Counted from the first letter of the stretch, positions 47,888 through 58,392 are shown. The stretch: DNA of 64,000 nucleotides from Chloroflexota bacterium (GCA_018673955.1 JABHBJ010000093.1:10931-74930); one strand, 5' to 3'. Program-made: numbers and translations. Notes: generated by a model from the letters alone, not told the origin.

Positions 47888-48229
47888 TAATGGGCAAAAA
47901 GGTGTTCATCGCGCGCATGAAAGAAACCCGAGACATTCCGATCACGCGCTAAGTCCGCCACTGTACCACGCAGACGGCTCACGAATTGTCGTTTAACCTC
48001 GATCAATTTCCAAGGAATACCGCTCTGGAACACGACCTTAGTCTGCACTTCGAGACAAGCGCCTAAATTTTTAGCACGATCTACGGCGGCGCTTCCCTGC
48101 TGGCATCACCAACCTCTTTTAGTCCGATCACCCGTCACGACGTGCCAATTGCAACACCGTTGTGACTAGACGAAGATTATCCTGTTTCGTCTACAACACC
48201 TACCTAGGTACGTCGCGATCACACTCAAC

Positions 48230-50404
48230 ATGACACAGCACACCGCCCCTACGGATGTATCTACTCCAAACGCGATTGCCAGCGAGTTCAATCGACAAAT
48301 CGTAGACGGCCTACATTCAACAGCCACTCTCGCTGTATTCAAAGACGGCAAGCAGGTAGTCGATCTAACACGCGGCGCTGCACACGCCTCACCGCTGTTT
48401 CGTGTGTTCTCAATGGGAAAGCCACTCGCAGCCGCAGTTCTGTGGCGATACAAAGCACGTGGGCACTTCGACTGGGACACCCCGGTCGCCGAGATTTGGC
48501 CTGAGTTTGGAACCCGAGGCAAATCGTCAGTAACTATCAGCCATGTCTTATCTCACTCCGCAGGGCTTGCTTCTCACGAGACAGTTCCAACCAGCGATTA
48601 CAACGATTGGGGTCGAGTGATATCTCACATCGAAGATATGACCCCCGTGACCGTACCCGGCGAAACAGTTCACTACCACTCGCGTACGTTTGGCTGGATT
48701 GTCGGTGAAATTGCAGCTCGTATTTCGGGACTAACGTTCGATGAAGCGTTCGCCCGCGAAGTCACTCTGCCTCTTGGACTAAAGAACACAACGTTCATCG
48801 TCGACCAGTCTGAATTCGGACGACTGGTACCGGTCGACGCAAGTGACGAATGTGCTGACCCAATGAACGTCGCTCTGGTGAATGCATTAGCTAGGGCGCA
48901 AATAACGATGCCCGCCGGATCGATGATCACAACTGCGAGCGATGTCGCAAAGTTCTACTCAGCGATATCTGGTAAAGGCAAGCTGAACGGTGTTCCGTGG
49001 CTACCTCAAGGTGTCATCGCAGACGTAACTTCCCTTCACGCAGAAGGCGCAGATGAAGCATCAGGCAACTACTCACGAGTTGGTCTCGGAGTGCGATTAC
49101 CGTCCACACCACCGAATCAGTACGCAATCGACGATGATTCAACTACGGTCGGTCATGGCGGCATGGGTACTTGCACTGGATGGGCGAGTTTGGTCGAGGA
49201 CGTATCAGTCGCCTACATAACGAATCGCCTCCAGCTCGAACTGCCAAACAAATTACGCCTCCACGATATGTCGATGGCAGTTCGCAAGTCGTTGGATGCT
49301 GGTGAGTTGGATCAAGTGGACAACGTCAGCCAATTACAAATACATCAGACCGACACCAAACGTGTATGGCCCGGAAAAAACTGGGAAGAGGCCGAACCCG
49401 AAGAACTAGGATTCGACCGTGCGAAATTAGCTGAAGCAGGGCGTTATCAAGCTGAAATAGCAGTAGATCAGCCGTATCGAATCTTGATTGCACGACACGG
49501 GAAGATCGCCGCCGAATGGATATTCCGTTCCGATCCAATCACTGAAGCCCACCAAGCATCCGCATCGAAATCGACTTTCTCGTCGGTTCTCGGAATCGCC
49601 ATTCAAGAAGGCGTAATCAAGTCAGAAAACGACCGAGTCGCCGACTACTACCCCGAGATGCTCGATGTCGCTCCGGGAGAAGGCCCCAAAGAAGGTCGCT
49701 ACGCGTTCCCTGAAAACGAAGGAATCACGTTCAAACAGCTGATCGGCAATACATCCGGATATATGAAACCGGGCGAAGCCCCCGGAAAGGTTTTCAACTA
49801 CCAAACGTTTGGTATGAACATCCTCACTCACGCCATAGCGTCGGCGTACAGCCTTTACAAGTCTTCGAAGCCTGAGCAGGGAGCCGGGTTCGGAACTCTT
49901 ACTGAGTGGAAGATTCGAAACGTCATCGACGGTAACTGGTCGTGGAAGTACGGTAATTTCGATATGCACGCCGAAGCAAAGCTCGGCGTATTCGGCTACA
50001 TGACTTCGTACCAGATGACCCTACGAGACATGGCTCGGATGGGTTGGCTTTGGTTGAACAAAGGTAACTGGAACGGAACTCAGGTGATCCCCGAAACATG
50101 GATCGAGAAAGCCACAAGAGTTTCTGAGGAAATACTTGAAAACGAACCCATCGACCGACACGTGTACGGTCTCGGGTTCTGGTGTAACGATCAAGGGCAA
50201 GTCTGGCCTGAACTCCCCAAAGACTCGTTCGCCGCTAGTGGGGCTGGAAATCAGCACATATGGGTCTGCCCGAGCCTCGATCTAGTCGTTGCGCAATCGC
50301 CGGGTATCTATCCGTCTCACGGAGCATTCGATTCCGAAGAACAGATCGAAGATCGCCGATCGATCCAGGGCCTACTCGGACGAATCGTCGACTCGATCGA
50401 GTAA
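48230..50404 (+). CDS. Tandem double beta-lactamase-family serine hydrolase
   Basis: Domain 1: FSMGK, LSHSAG, YHS and GHGG. Domain 2: WPGKNW, ASASK, FNYQT, RDMARMG and YGLGFW. Confidence 0.82.
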   Translation: MTQHTAPTDVSTPNAIASEFNRQIVDGLHSTATLAVFKDGKQVVDLTRGAAHASPLFRVFSMGKPLAAAVLWRYKARGHFDWDTPVAEIWPEFGTRGKSSVTISHVLSHSAGLASHETVPTSDYNDWGRVISHIEDMTPVTVPGETVHYHSRTFGWIVGEIAARISGLTFDEAFAREVTLPLGLKNTTFIVDQSEFGRLVPVDASDECADPMNVALVNALARAQITMPAGSMITTASDVAKFYSAISGKGKLNGVPWLPQGVIADVTSLHAEGADEASGNYSRVGLGVRLPSTPPNQYAIDDDSTTVGHGGMGTCTGWASLVEDVSVAYITNRLQLELPNKLRLHDMSMAVRKSLDAGELDQVDNVSQLQIHQTDTKRVWPGKNWEEAEPEELGFDRAKLAEAGRYQAEIAVDQPYRILIARHGKIAAEWIFRSDPITEAHQASASKSTFSSVLGIAIQEGVIKSENDRVADYYPEMLDVAPGEGPKEGRYAFPENEGITFKQLIGNTSGYMKPGEAPGKVFNYQTFGMNILTHAIASAYSLYKSSKPEQGAGFGTLTEWKIRNVIDGNWSWKYGNFDMHAEAKLGVFGYMTSYQMTLRDMARMGWLWLNKGNWNGTQVIPETWIEKATRVSEEILENEPIDRHVYGLGFWCNDQGQVWPELPKDSFAASGAGNQHIWVCPSLDLVVAQSPGIYPSHGAFDSEEQIEDRRSIQGLLGRIVDSIE

Positions 50405-50515
50405 CCAGCTATGCAACATCTGCAAATAGAGTCTTAGTTCGCATCTCGAACTAACTTGGGGCTACTGGTAACCTTCGCCAACACGTTGGATTGAAACTCG
50501 ACCTAAAGGAACCAA

Positions 50516-51235
50516 ATGGCTGATCGTTTCTTTGCGCTAAGCATTGCCGGAGGGCGAGGCGAACGACTTCGCCCACTTACCGATAACCGACCAAAACCAA
50601 TGGTCGAAATCAACGGAAAGCCAATCATTGGCTACCAAGTCGATTGGATGCGAGCCCAAGGAATCACCGACGTCGTGTTCCTTACCGGATACATGGGCGG
50701 AATGATTCAAGACTACTTCGGCGACGGATCTGAACACGGAATCACTGCACACTACTCGATGGAAAAAACTCCGCTCGGACGTGGTGGAGCCATCAAGCAA
50801 GGGCTGTCGTTCGTCCCGCAGGACGTCAAGAACGTGCTCGTAGCCAACGGCGACATCATCACGAACCAACCTCTAAACCCAATAGCAAAACTTCACGAAG
50901 AATCGGGTGCAGTAGGAACAATGATGTTGGTTCCATACCCAAGCCAGTACGGTGTGGTTGAATCGAACGATCAGAACGTAGTGATCAATTTCATCGAAAA
51001 GGGCAGCCTACCGTTTTGGATCAACGCGGGAGTTTATCTGTTCAATCGCAATATCGAATCGATGCTGCCCGATATAGGCGATCACGAAACTTCAACATTC
51101 CAAGATCTCGCAAAAGAAGGCAGACTCTCTGCATATCACTCAGATATGGCGTGGATGAGCATCGAAAGCCCGAAGGATGTGACAGAAATAACGGCGCTAA
51201 TCAACGAAGGTCACGTGGTCTTAGCCGGGAATTAG
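50516..51235 (+). CDS. Sugar-phosphate nucleotidyltransferase family protein
   Basis: AGGRGERLRPLTDNRPKPM, PLGRGGA, NGDI and INAGVY. Confidence 0.9.
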   Translation: MADRFFALSIAGGRGERLRPLTDNRPKPMVEINGKPIIGYQVDWMRAQGITDVVFLTGYMGGMIQDYFGDGSEHGITAHYSMEKTPLGRGGAIKQGLSFVPQDVKNVLVANGDIITNQPLNPIAKLHEESGAVGTMMLVPYPSQYGVVESNDQNVVINFIEKGSLPFWINAGVYLFNRNIESMLPDIGDHETSTFQDLAKEGRLSAYHSDMAWMSIESPKDVTEITALINEGHVVLAGN

Positions 51236-51250
51236 TATTCGACTATTTCT

Positions 51251-51712
51251 CTAGCTAGACGAAGCGAAAAGCGTAAGCAGATCGTGCCTAGAGATTATGC
51301 CAACCGGTTTGCCGTCTTCGAGGACCGGCAGATGGTGTGATTCAGAATCGACTAACAATCGCGCAATTTCACTCAGATGCGTATCAGGTGAAACGGTTGG
51401 AGCATCCTTCCGCATCGCATCGCCCACCAGCGTATTCCTAGTGTTCGCGATAACTTCTTCGATGTTCTCTCGGTCGCCTAGCTCGCTTCCAAGCAATCGC
51501 AACACAGATCGACGAACAAAAGGAATAAGACTTTCTTCTGGCAAGTACTTCGATTCCGACATCAGACCTACGAACTGCCCGTTCTCATCGACAACGGCAA
51601 GTGATCCAACGTGCTTATCGAGCATTACCCGCGCTGCCGCAGAAACAGGCTTGTCGACCGTAATAGTTATTACTGGAGTCGACATTATTTCAGACGCTAG
51701 TGTAGTGAGCAT
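51251..51712 (-). CDS. CBS domain pair protein
   Basis: IMSTPVIT, SLAVVD, VGDAM and HLPVLEDGKPVGIISRHDL. Confidence 0.9.
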   Translation of the reverse strand: MLTTLASEIMSTPVITITVDKPVSAAARVMLDKHVGSLAVVDENGQFVGLMSESKYLPEESLIPFVRRSVLRLLGSELGDRENIEEVIANTRNTLVGDAMRKDAPTVSPDTHLSEIARLLVDSESHHLPVLEDGKPVGIISRHDLLTLFASSS

Positions 51713-51858
51713 AAAATCGCTTTTACTTCGTAACTAATATTCGGAACACGAATCGGAAACATCAACTGGAAGCTTAAATCTGAATCCGTCGACTTCACTA
51801 TAACTCTATGCACGTTAATTCAGCGTGAATATAAAACGGAGAGTTCGGCTGAAAAATA

Positions 51859-52518
51859 TCAGGCAGTTTGAAGTGCGAGAGTCTGACGAGCGAGCCGGGC
51901 AACTTTTATCGAAGCAACCGGAATAATTTCTGAACTTGTATCGACGATAATGTCGTACAGGCTAGGGTCTTCAGGCTGTGCGCCATAAACGTCGCCGAAA
52001 TACTCTCGCTGGAGCTTCTCGCGACGTTCGATGGTGTTCTCGGCATCTGCTGCCGACTTCAAGCCTTCACGCTTCATTATCCGCTCGACTCTGTCTTCCC
52101 AAGAAGCGAATAATCCGACTTTCAATGCAGATCGGTCGCCAGCCTCAACGCAACCCGCTCGATGCACAAGCACCGCGTTGCCAAGATCGAACAAATTGTC
52201 GACATTGCTTGATGCAGTCGTTTGCGAATGCTTCTCAGCAGGACCATCACTATCCCATGTCAGCGGAAGCAGTAGTGCCTCCGGAACATTGAAGTACGGG
52301 TCGCCAGCTGCATTACCGAGTGCAAATCCTGAGACCGCACGTTCGACAATCGCCCAGAACCTATCAGTAACACCAACAGGCGCCTTCGGCCTAGTATCTG
52401 AAACTGAACGAGGCAGAGCAATCCGATCGACGTAGTCGAAATCAAACATTCGTGCCACTCGCTTGCCCAATTCAGGGCCGCCAGCACCAATCTGTCCATC
52501 AATCGTAATTACTGACAT
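51859..52518 (-). CDS. Cytidylate kinase-like (Cytidylate_kin2) family protein
   Basis: VITIDGQIGAGGPELG, ASWEDRVERI and DPSLYDIIVDT. Confidence 0.82.
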   Translation of the reverse strand: MSVITIDGQIGAGGPELGKRVARMFDFDYVDRIALPRSVSDTRPKAPVGVTDRFWAIVERAVSGFALGNAAGDPYFNVPEALLLPLTWDSDGPAEKHSQTTASSNVDNLFDLGNAVLVHRAGCVEAGDRSALKVGLFASWEDRVERIMKREGLKSAADAENTIERREKLQREYFGDVYGAQPEDPSLYDIIVDTSSEIIPVASIKVARLARQTLALQTA

Positions 52519-53163
52519 TCAGCTCCTAACGTTCCCATTAGAATGCAAATCTGCATCCTCATCAGAGAACTCGAGGGAAGTTCTAAACAACTTCCACATC
52601 GAAACTGCCTTCTCGCCAAGTGGGTGTGTCGAAGGATCGAACAACCACCTTGTCACTGCTGACTGGATCATACCGAAAAATATCATCGCTGCCGCATCTG
52701 ACTCAACCGATTTATCGATCTCATCTCTCTCAATACCCTGAGAAATAATCTCAGATACGAGAGACAAGTATTTTTCCACTAAACGTCGGCCAGCGGAACG
52801 TACTCTTGGCTCTTCAAATTGAGCCGCTTGGGCAATAACTACAAACGAAATACCCTGTCTAAGCTCAACGTACGAAACGTGAAGCTGAAGCATGTGCTCC
52901 AAACGTTCAAGCGCATGTCTATCTGATCGAGTCGCTCTCGAAATGGCCTGAAAGAGAGATTCTTCTACTTCTTGAATTAGAAGCAGAATCACTTCTTCCT
53001 TCGACTCTACATGCCGATAAATAGCCGCTTCTGTAACGCCAACTTTGGAAGCAATGCCCCTAATAGTCAGCGCATCTACGCCACCGCTTGCGATTAAATC
53101 GCGAGCGGCTTCGACAATCTGATGTTGTCGTGTTTGATGATCTAGACGCGTACGTGTTGCCAT
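52519..53163 (-). CDS. TetR/AcrR family transcriptional regulator
   Basis: RQHQIVEAA...LTIRGIASKVGVTEAAIYRHVESKEE. Confidence 0.92.
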   Translation of the reverse strand: MATRTRLDHQTRQHQIVEAARDLIASGGVDALTIRGIASKVGVTEAAIYRHVESKEEVILLLIQEVEESLFQAISRATRSDRHALERLEHMLQLHVSYVELRQGISFVVIAQAAQFEEPRVRSAGRRLVEKYLSLVSEIISQGIERDEIDKSVESDAAAMIFFGMIQSAVTRWLFDPSTHPLGEKAVSMWKLFRTSLEFSDEDADLHSNGNVRS

Positions 53164-53199
53164 GAGTGAAAAATACTCAACTTCTCGTTGATAAATACA

Positions 53200-53219
53200 A
53201 TGTTAGTGATCGCTCACAT
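53200..53219. promoter_or_regulatory. Putative TetR autoregulatory operator
   Basis: Imperfect 20-bp palindrome ATGTTAGTGA|TCGCTCACAT, about 37 bp upstream of the tetR start in a divergent promoter region. Confidence 0.55.
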
Positions 53220-53354
53220 ACTTAGCAACCATCAAGTGTCATATAACTGCTACAAACAAGTATTTCATTCGAATTACAGTGAAGTGATGTGTACAGCATG
53301 AAGTTTGCGGTGGTAGGTTCTGATTTGAACAATTCACGCCTAAATTGGTAACTG

Positions 53355-53924
53355 ATGTCACTACATCCCAACCGGTCAACAAACACGCGAAAACGCTCTA
53401 AACTCCGCAGGCTTCGCCATCACCCGATGCTCAGGTGGGTCGACGCGAAGTTCGTTCATAGGCCCAGAATCTACCTAGTTCAGTCGATTCTCGCTGGCGT
53501 TGTGCTCGTGGGTATTCTCATTGCGGAAGACGCAATCACCAACGGAGCGGTCGTCGCAGCAGTAGCAAGTTCGGTCGCAATCGTATTTTTCGTCCCGCAC
53601 TCAGTTGCCTCGAAGCCGTTCAGACTCATCGGCGGCCACGTATCTGCCATTGCCGCAGCCCTCTGCACCGTTGGCGTGATGATGCTATTGCCCGACGCTG
53701 TTGCCACTAATCAGATCGTGATCCACACGCTGCAAGGCATGTCGCTGGCACTAGTGATCTTGTTCATGACAGTGACCAACACTGAGCATGCACCTGCCGC
53801 CGGAACTGCTCTCGGACTCGCAATTTCAGTTCCGATTAACTCAGTGATATTCATACTTTCGGCGGCAGTAATCATCTCGATCGTTCGCATTGCGCTATTT
53901 CGGCACCTTCACAACCTGATCTAA
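53355..53924 (+). CDS. HPP family membrane protein
   Basis: ASSVAIVFFVPHS, LIGGH and TEHAPAAGTAL (HAP variant of HPP). Confidence 0.85.
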   Translation: MSLHPNRSTNTRKRSKLRRLRHHPMLRWVDAKFVHRPRIYLVQSILAGVVLVGILIAEDAITNGAVVAAVASSVAIVFFVPHSVASKPFRLIGGHVSAIAAALCTVGVMMLLPDAVATNQIVIHTLQGMSLALVILFMTVTNTEHAPAAGTALGLAISVPINSVIFILSAAVIISIVRIALFRHLHNLI

Positions 53925-53928
53925 CGCG

Positions 53929-53971
53929 AAAACGGCTCCGAGAAATTCAAGAACTTCTTCGGAGCCGTTTT
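53929..53971. terminator. Bidirectional terminator
   Basis: AAAACGGCTCCGA...TCGGAGCCGTTTT between the convergent HPP and hflC genes. Confidence 0.8.
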
Positions 53972-53991
53972 GTATTTACTTTCAGTCGTTC

Positions 53992-55050
53992 TTACGAACC
54001 GCCGGAAGGATCAGAAAGGAACCTCAGAAGATCGCTTTCAGGGTCGAGAATGACCGTGGTCTGCGAGTCCATGAATACCTTGTAAGCCTCTAGCGAACGT
54101 CGGAACGTGTAGAAGTCGGGATTCTTCTCAAGCGAATTAGCAAGAATCGTAATCGCCTGCTGTTCCGCCTCACCTCTCAGCAATGCAGAAGTACCTTCGG
54201 CAGTTTCAAGAACAATGTTGACCTGTCGATCGACATTAGCCCGAATTTCCGAATCGGCCTGAGTACCCTCAGCACGCAGACCACTTGCGATCTTTTCACG
54301 TTCTGCCTCCATACGAGAGAACACACTTGTCTCTACGTCTGGCGGGAAGTCAGCTCGCTTGATTCTCACGTCAACAATCTCAATACCTAGTGCCTCTATA
54401 ACGCTGGCGAAATAGGATATCGAGAACCCTTCAAGCTCCGGAGGATTAGCGTTGGCTTCAAGTAACGCTAGCTCTTCTGCGGTAGCCGGAAGCGAACGGT
54501 TAGTATCGGACGTGTCTTCGTCGATAAACACAGTCACGGCCGCATGATGCAGAGAACCGTAGTCTCTGAACAGATCAGCGCGGGAAACCTCTATTCGGTT
54601 ACTAGCGATAGTGATCCTATTCATGATGTCTTCTCGAGTATCAGAAATTACTTCTTCCTGATCGTCGAGAGCAACTTCCTGTCGAAGCTGCGCATTCACA
54701 ATGTCACCCACACGAGAGCCAGCCTGACTTTCATTTCTCAGGTTCTTGAAGAACACGAGAGGGTCGACAATTTTGTACCGAGCATAAGAGTCGATTACTA
54801 AGTTTCGCTTGTCAGCAGTCAGCAGTGAAGCTGGAGCGACGTCAACGCGAAGCAATCGCTTGTCGAACCGAGTCACCTGTTCTGCGAACGGTGTTTTTAC
54901 CTGTAATCCGGGATCACGGTGAGATCGCTTGAACTCACCGAATCGAGTAACAATCGCTACTTCCGTCTCGTCTACCACAAACAACGTCTGCGGGACGACA
55001 ATCACAACCGCCAGAATAATTACGATCAGCGGGATCATGAGCTTACCCAT
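53992..55050 (-). CDS. hflC: FtsH protease modulator HflC
   Basis: FDKRLL, LTADKRNLVID, GIEIVDVRIKRAD, RMEAER and FYTFRRSLEAY. Confidence 0.9.
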   Translation of the reverse strand: MGKLMIPLIVIILAVVIVVPQTLFVVDETEVAIVTRFGEFKRSHRDPGLQVKTPFAEQVTRFDKRLLRVDVAPASLLTADKRNLVIDSYARYKIVDPLVFFKNLRNESQAGSRVGDIVNAQLRQEVALDDQEEVISDTREDIMNRITIASNRIEVSRADLFRDYGSLHHAAVTVFIDEDTSDTNRSLPATAEELALLEANANPPELEGFSISYFASVIEALGIEIVDVRIKRADFPPDVETSVFSRMEAEREKIASGLRAEGTQADSEIRANVDRQVNIVLETAEGTSALLRGEAEQQAITILANSLEKNPDFYTFRRSLEAYKVFMDSQTTVILDPESDLLRFLSDPSGGS

Positions 55051-56177
55051 TACTGTCCCCCTCCCACTCCGGAAATAACCCCAGAGCCTGAATTTGAACC
55101 AGCAAGCGGCAAGAACGGCAATACTCCGGAATCAGAAAGAATGAACTTCGTAACACCGGGCAAAATCTCTTCTATAGCCTCTAAATACAGTCGTTGACGA
55201 GTGATGTCAGGCGACAACAGGTAACCCTCCAAGATTGCCTCGAAACCATCGGCTTCACCCTGAGCTCTTGCGATTCGACCCTGTTTGAAACCTTCAGCGG
55301 CTTCGGTGATCTTTGCAGCCTCACCAGTCGCCTTCGGAATTTCAGAAGCTTCGTACGCCTGTGCAAGGTTGATCAAACGTTCCCTATCCTCACGAGCACG
55401 AACAACGTCTTCGAACGCCGACTGTACTTCTAGCGGTGGGTTTACATTCTGCAACAGCACCTGCAATACGTCGATTCCACTTTTGTAATCGGCAGATAAT
55501 TCTCGCATTTTGAGAAGAACTTCAGTTTGAACCTGTTCCTTTTCAGTAGTCAGAACGTCATCGATATTTCGTGAACCAACAACCTGCCGGAGGGCGGTTT
55601 CAGCAATATCTCGAAGAGTTCGACCATCTGGTCGACCAGCCGGAATCCCTCTATCTGGATCTCCCGGGTCATCTACTTCAAATAGGAAAGACTGTAGATC
55701 AGCAATACGATACTGAACAACCGCCTGGACGTCGACGATGTTCTCATCACCAGTAATCATCAGCGATTCGTTAGTAACCGACTGTGAGACTGTAAAGCCA
55801 TCAGCTCCAGATCGGAAACCAAGCTCCATACGACGTGTTGTCGTAACTGCTACAACATTTCTCTTGCCAATCGGAGCCGGGTAGTGCCAGTGGAGACCAC
55901 CAGTAGTGGTTCCAGTGAACTTACCGAATGTCCGCAACACTGCTTCCTGGTCGGGTCCCACAGTGTAGAAACCAGTTCCAGCCCAGACCACAGCTAAGAC
56001 TATCAATACGACAAATATAAGTCCTAACGACCCTGCTCCGCCAATTCCTGGAATCTTCGGCATCGACGCCTTTAAGCGCTCGATAACCTCGTCGAGAGTC
56101 ATCTCTGTTCGTTCTTCTTGCGGTGGTCGATACATTTTGTTATCGACGACCTGGGTGTCTTCGTTTGACGCCGCCAT
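55050..56177 (-). CDS. hflK: FtsH protease modulator HflK
   Basis: GFYTV, MITGDENIVDV, PPLEVQSAFEDV and TRQRLYLE. ATG at 56177 follows GAGGAG; the ORF track extends to GTG 56249. Confidence 0.9.
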   Translation of the reverse strand: MAASNEDTQVVDNKMYRPPQEERTEMTLDEVIERLKASMPKIPGIGGAGSLGLIFVVLIVLAVVWAGTGFYTVGPDQEAVLRTFGKFTGTTTGGLHWHYPAPIGKRNVVAVTTTRRMELGFRSGADGFTVSQSVTNESLMITGDENIVDVQAVVQYRIADLQSFLFEVDDPGDPDRGIPAGRPDGRTLRDIAETALRQVVGSRNIDDVLTTEKEQVQTEVLLKMRELSADYKSGIDVLQVLLQNVNPPLEVQSAFEDVVRAREDRERLINLAQAYEASEIPKATGEAAKITEAAEGFKQGRIARAQGEADGFEAILEGYLLSPDITRQRLYLEAIEEILPGVTKFILSDSGVLPFLPLAGSNSGSGVISGVGGGQ

Positions 56178-56405
56178 CGCTTCTCCTCGTGTCGACCGTT
56201 GATTCGACCGATACGCTGGGTAGTGTTCATTTGCTCGTTGTGTATTCACATTCGTAATTCACGCTAAGCCAGTCTAATATTTCCGACCAAATTTCTGGGC
56301 AGATTTACATACGTGACACAAGTATACCGACGTATGGCGAGTTCTTACTGAAACTCACAAGATCTACACCGATATGTCGAACAATCTTTGATAATAATCG
56401 CTGAT

Positions 56406-57800
56406 CTACTCCGCATGCTCCAGTTCGATTCCTCGATCAGCAACAAGTTGCTCAAATTCTGCAAACGTGCGAATCGGTCTAAGCAGTTTCACCAAATCGC
56501 CAACTGTAGCGACTTGTTCACGTAGATCCCATAGGTATCTCGCTATTGGGCTCGTAGACGACGGACTTTCTGCGTACGTTCCGTGAAACGCAAAGTACGC
56601 CTGATTGACCTTGCGAATTTGATATCCGTGATCTAGTAACTCCACCCGACGCGATTCCATGTAAGCCTCGGCCTGGTCTACTAGGTTCTCAGCAAGCAGT
56701 TCGTCGGTTTTTCTTCGAGTCTCACCCATAAATCGATTGAAATTGAACGATTCAGGAATTTCGATTACGTCCGCGTCTTTATTTTCTGTCAATTTTTTTG
56801 ACGCAGTCTCAGGTCGAACCGGTGCAACAAACGGCTCACCGGTAACTTCTGAATAAACCCTCAGGCCAACCTCTCGACCGAAAATATCGGCCAACGTCTC
56901 GTTCATGGATCGGATATCACCGCCTGAGAAATACGCCTGACCCAAAGGATAAAAAACCAAATGGGCATGGAGCCATTCGTGGGCAGCCGTGTCGACCAAT
57001 CTCTTCAAGTGAGTCGTCGGAATCACGTTTGGATAACTCGCAAGCCCGCCGGTTTGAAGAATCACCGCTGAAATGTCGTGATCGTCAATCAACTCGTTTT
57101 CGATCCTCGACATATCTTCAATGGATATATCAGGATCGATTAACACGTCTTCGGTTCTAGAGATTTCATTTCGTGGCGAAGTGACCAACAACTTTGGAGG
57201 ATCGCCTATTAGAAAATCGACGGGCGGCCATACGAACGAAGAAACAAGAGCAATCTCATCTGAACGAACAGATTCAGCGATGATCTGTTCTAAATATTCC
57301 TCCACTGAAGGTCGAATCTCATCACGTTCACCGATCAAGCGATCGACCTCATTCTGAGAGGCGACGACGGCGTTAAAATCAGGCGTCGAAACCGTAGTTA
57401 CTAGGTTTAGTTCGGCTTTCGCAGCACGGATTTCATCGACAAGCACTATGTACCGATCTAGCGCCTCCCGCCGATCACTCTCGTTGGTTGGCGTCCAGGG
57501 AAAAACAGTCCAAACGCGATGAGTCCACTTATCGAAGAAATTCTCGAACTCCCACGAAACAAGTCCGTAACCGTGATCCAGCGAAGCAGCGGATGCGGGG
57601 GTGTCGAATCGTTTGTCTCCAGTTGGCACAACCAAAGCGATAAAAAGCGCGACCATGAGCAACGTCCTGAACACCCATTTAGATCGACGCCGCAGAGGGA
57701 AAGTAACCAGCCACTCAGAAACAACAAACGCGACCAACAGCAGCGACCCAATGGTCCGCATTATTAATCTATTCAGAAGTGCTAATCGGGAAGTAGGCAA
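56406..57800 (-). CDS. Membrane-anchored hypothetical protein with a gluzincin-like motif
   Basis: Two N-terminal hydrophobic helices; HEWLH followed by NETLA; NQAYFAFHGTY. Confidence 0.75.
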   Translation of the reverse strand: MPTSRLALLNRLIMRTIGSLLLVAFVVSEWLVTFPLRRRSKWVFRTLLMVALFIALVVPTGDKRFDTPASAASLDHGYGLVSWEFENFFDKWTHRVWTVFPWTPTNESDRREALDRYIVLVDEIRAAKAELNLVTTVSTPDFNAVVASQNEVDRLIGERDEIRPSVEEYLEQIIAESVRSDEIALVSSFVWPPVDFLIGDPPKLLVTSPRNEISRTEDVLIDPDISIEDMSRIENELIDDHDISAVILQTGGLASYPNVIPTTHLKRLVDTAAHEWLHAHLVFYPLGQAYFSGGDIRSMNETLADIFGREVGLRVYSEVTGEPFVAPVRPETASKKLTENKDADVIEIPESFNFNRFMGETRRKTDELLAENLVDQAEAYMESRRVELLDHGYQIRKVNQAYFAFHGTYAESPSSTSPIARYLWDLREQVATVGDLVKLLRPIRTFAEFEQLVADRGIELEHAE

Positions 57801-57951
57801 ACGACGGATCTTGAGCTAGTGAAACGCTGAAAACACACCGGTGGTGTTCGAATCACGATGAGAGCGTATCCAAGATATACGTATAGCGGGGGAGGTTCGG
57901 GCTTCAGAATGCTCGCAAAGTGCGATACAGCCGTCGATCTGCTGTGCTGAA

Positions 57952-58392
57952 CTAGCTAGTCCGACGAGCCCAGAGGGTTTCATACTGCTCGCCCATTATG
58001 AGTTGAGCGAGTTCACGACGTTCCAATCGAATTAGCTCTTCGAACGCGGTTTCCGCAGCCGTTACTGCGTCAGGGAATCCACTTTCCTCAATTCGAGCAA
58101 CAACCTTGTCCCACAGTCCAGACATCTTCATTGCTTCGACGTACCCGACCCAAGGAATTGCAATGATGTCTTGCGGGCGAGGGAGATCGGGTCGCATACG
58201 CTTAATCGTGCGGAGTCGGTCGGCGATGGAACGAGCCATAGGAACAACTCTCACGAGGGGAGTAACACCGTCTTTGGGACGAATATCAATTACGACAGAC
58301 TGGCCAAATTTAGGAAAAAAGACAGCCAGTACTTCAGCGTTCGAGATGAACTTGAACACACCGTCTACACCATTTCCGTAACCGAAATCCAA
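57952..58392 (-). CDS. Hypothetical protein
   Basis: 146-aa ORF with GAGAGGT RBS before TTG and natural composition. Confidence 0.75.
   Translation of the reverse strand: MDFGYGNGVDGVFKFISNAEVLAVFFPKFGQSVVIDIRPKDGVTPLVRVVPMARSIADRLRTIKRMRPDLPRPQDIIAIPWVGYVEAMKMSGLWDKVVARIEESGFPDAVTAAETAFEELIRLERRELAQLIMGEQYETLWARRTS

Noticed and set aside
48230-50404. Antibiotic-resistance beta-lactamase
   Set aside because: No signal peptide, and the motifs fit esterase-like family members.
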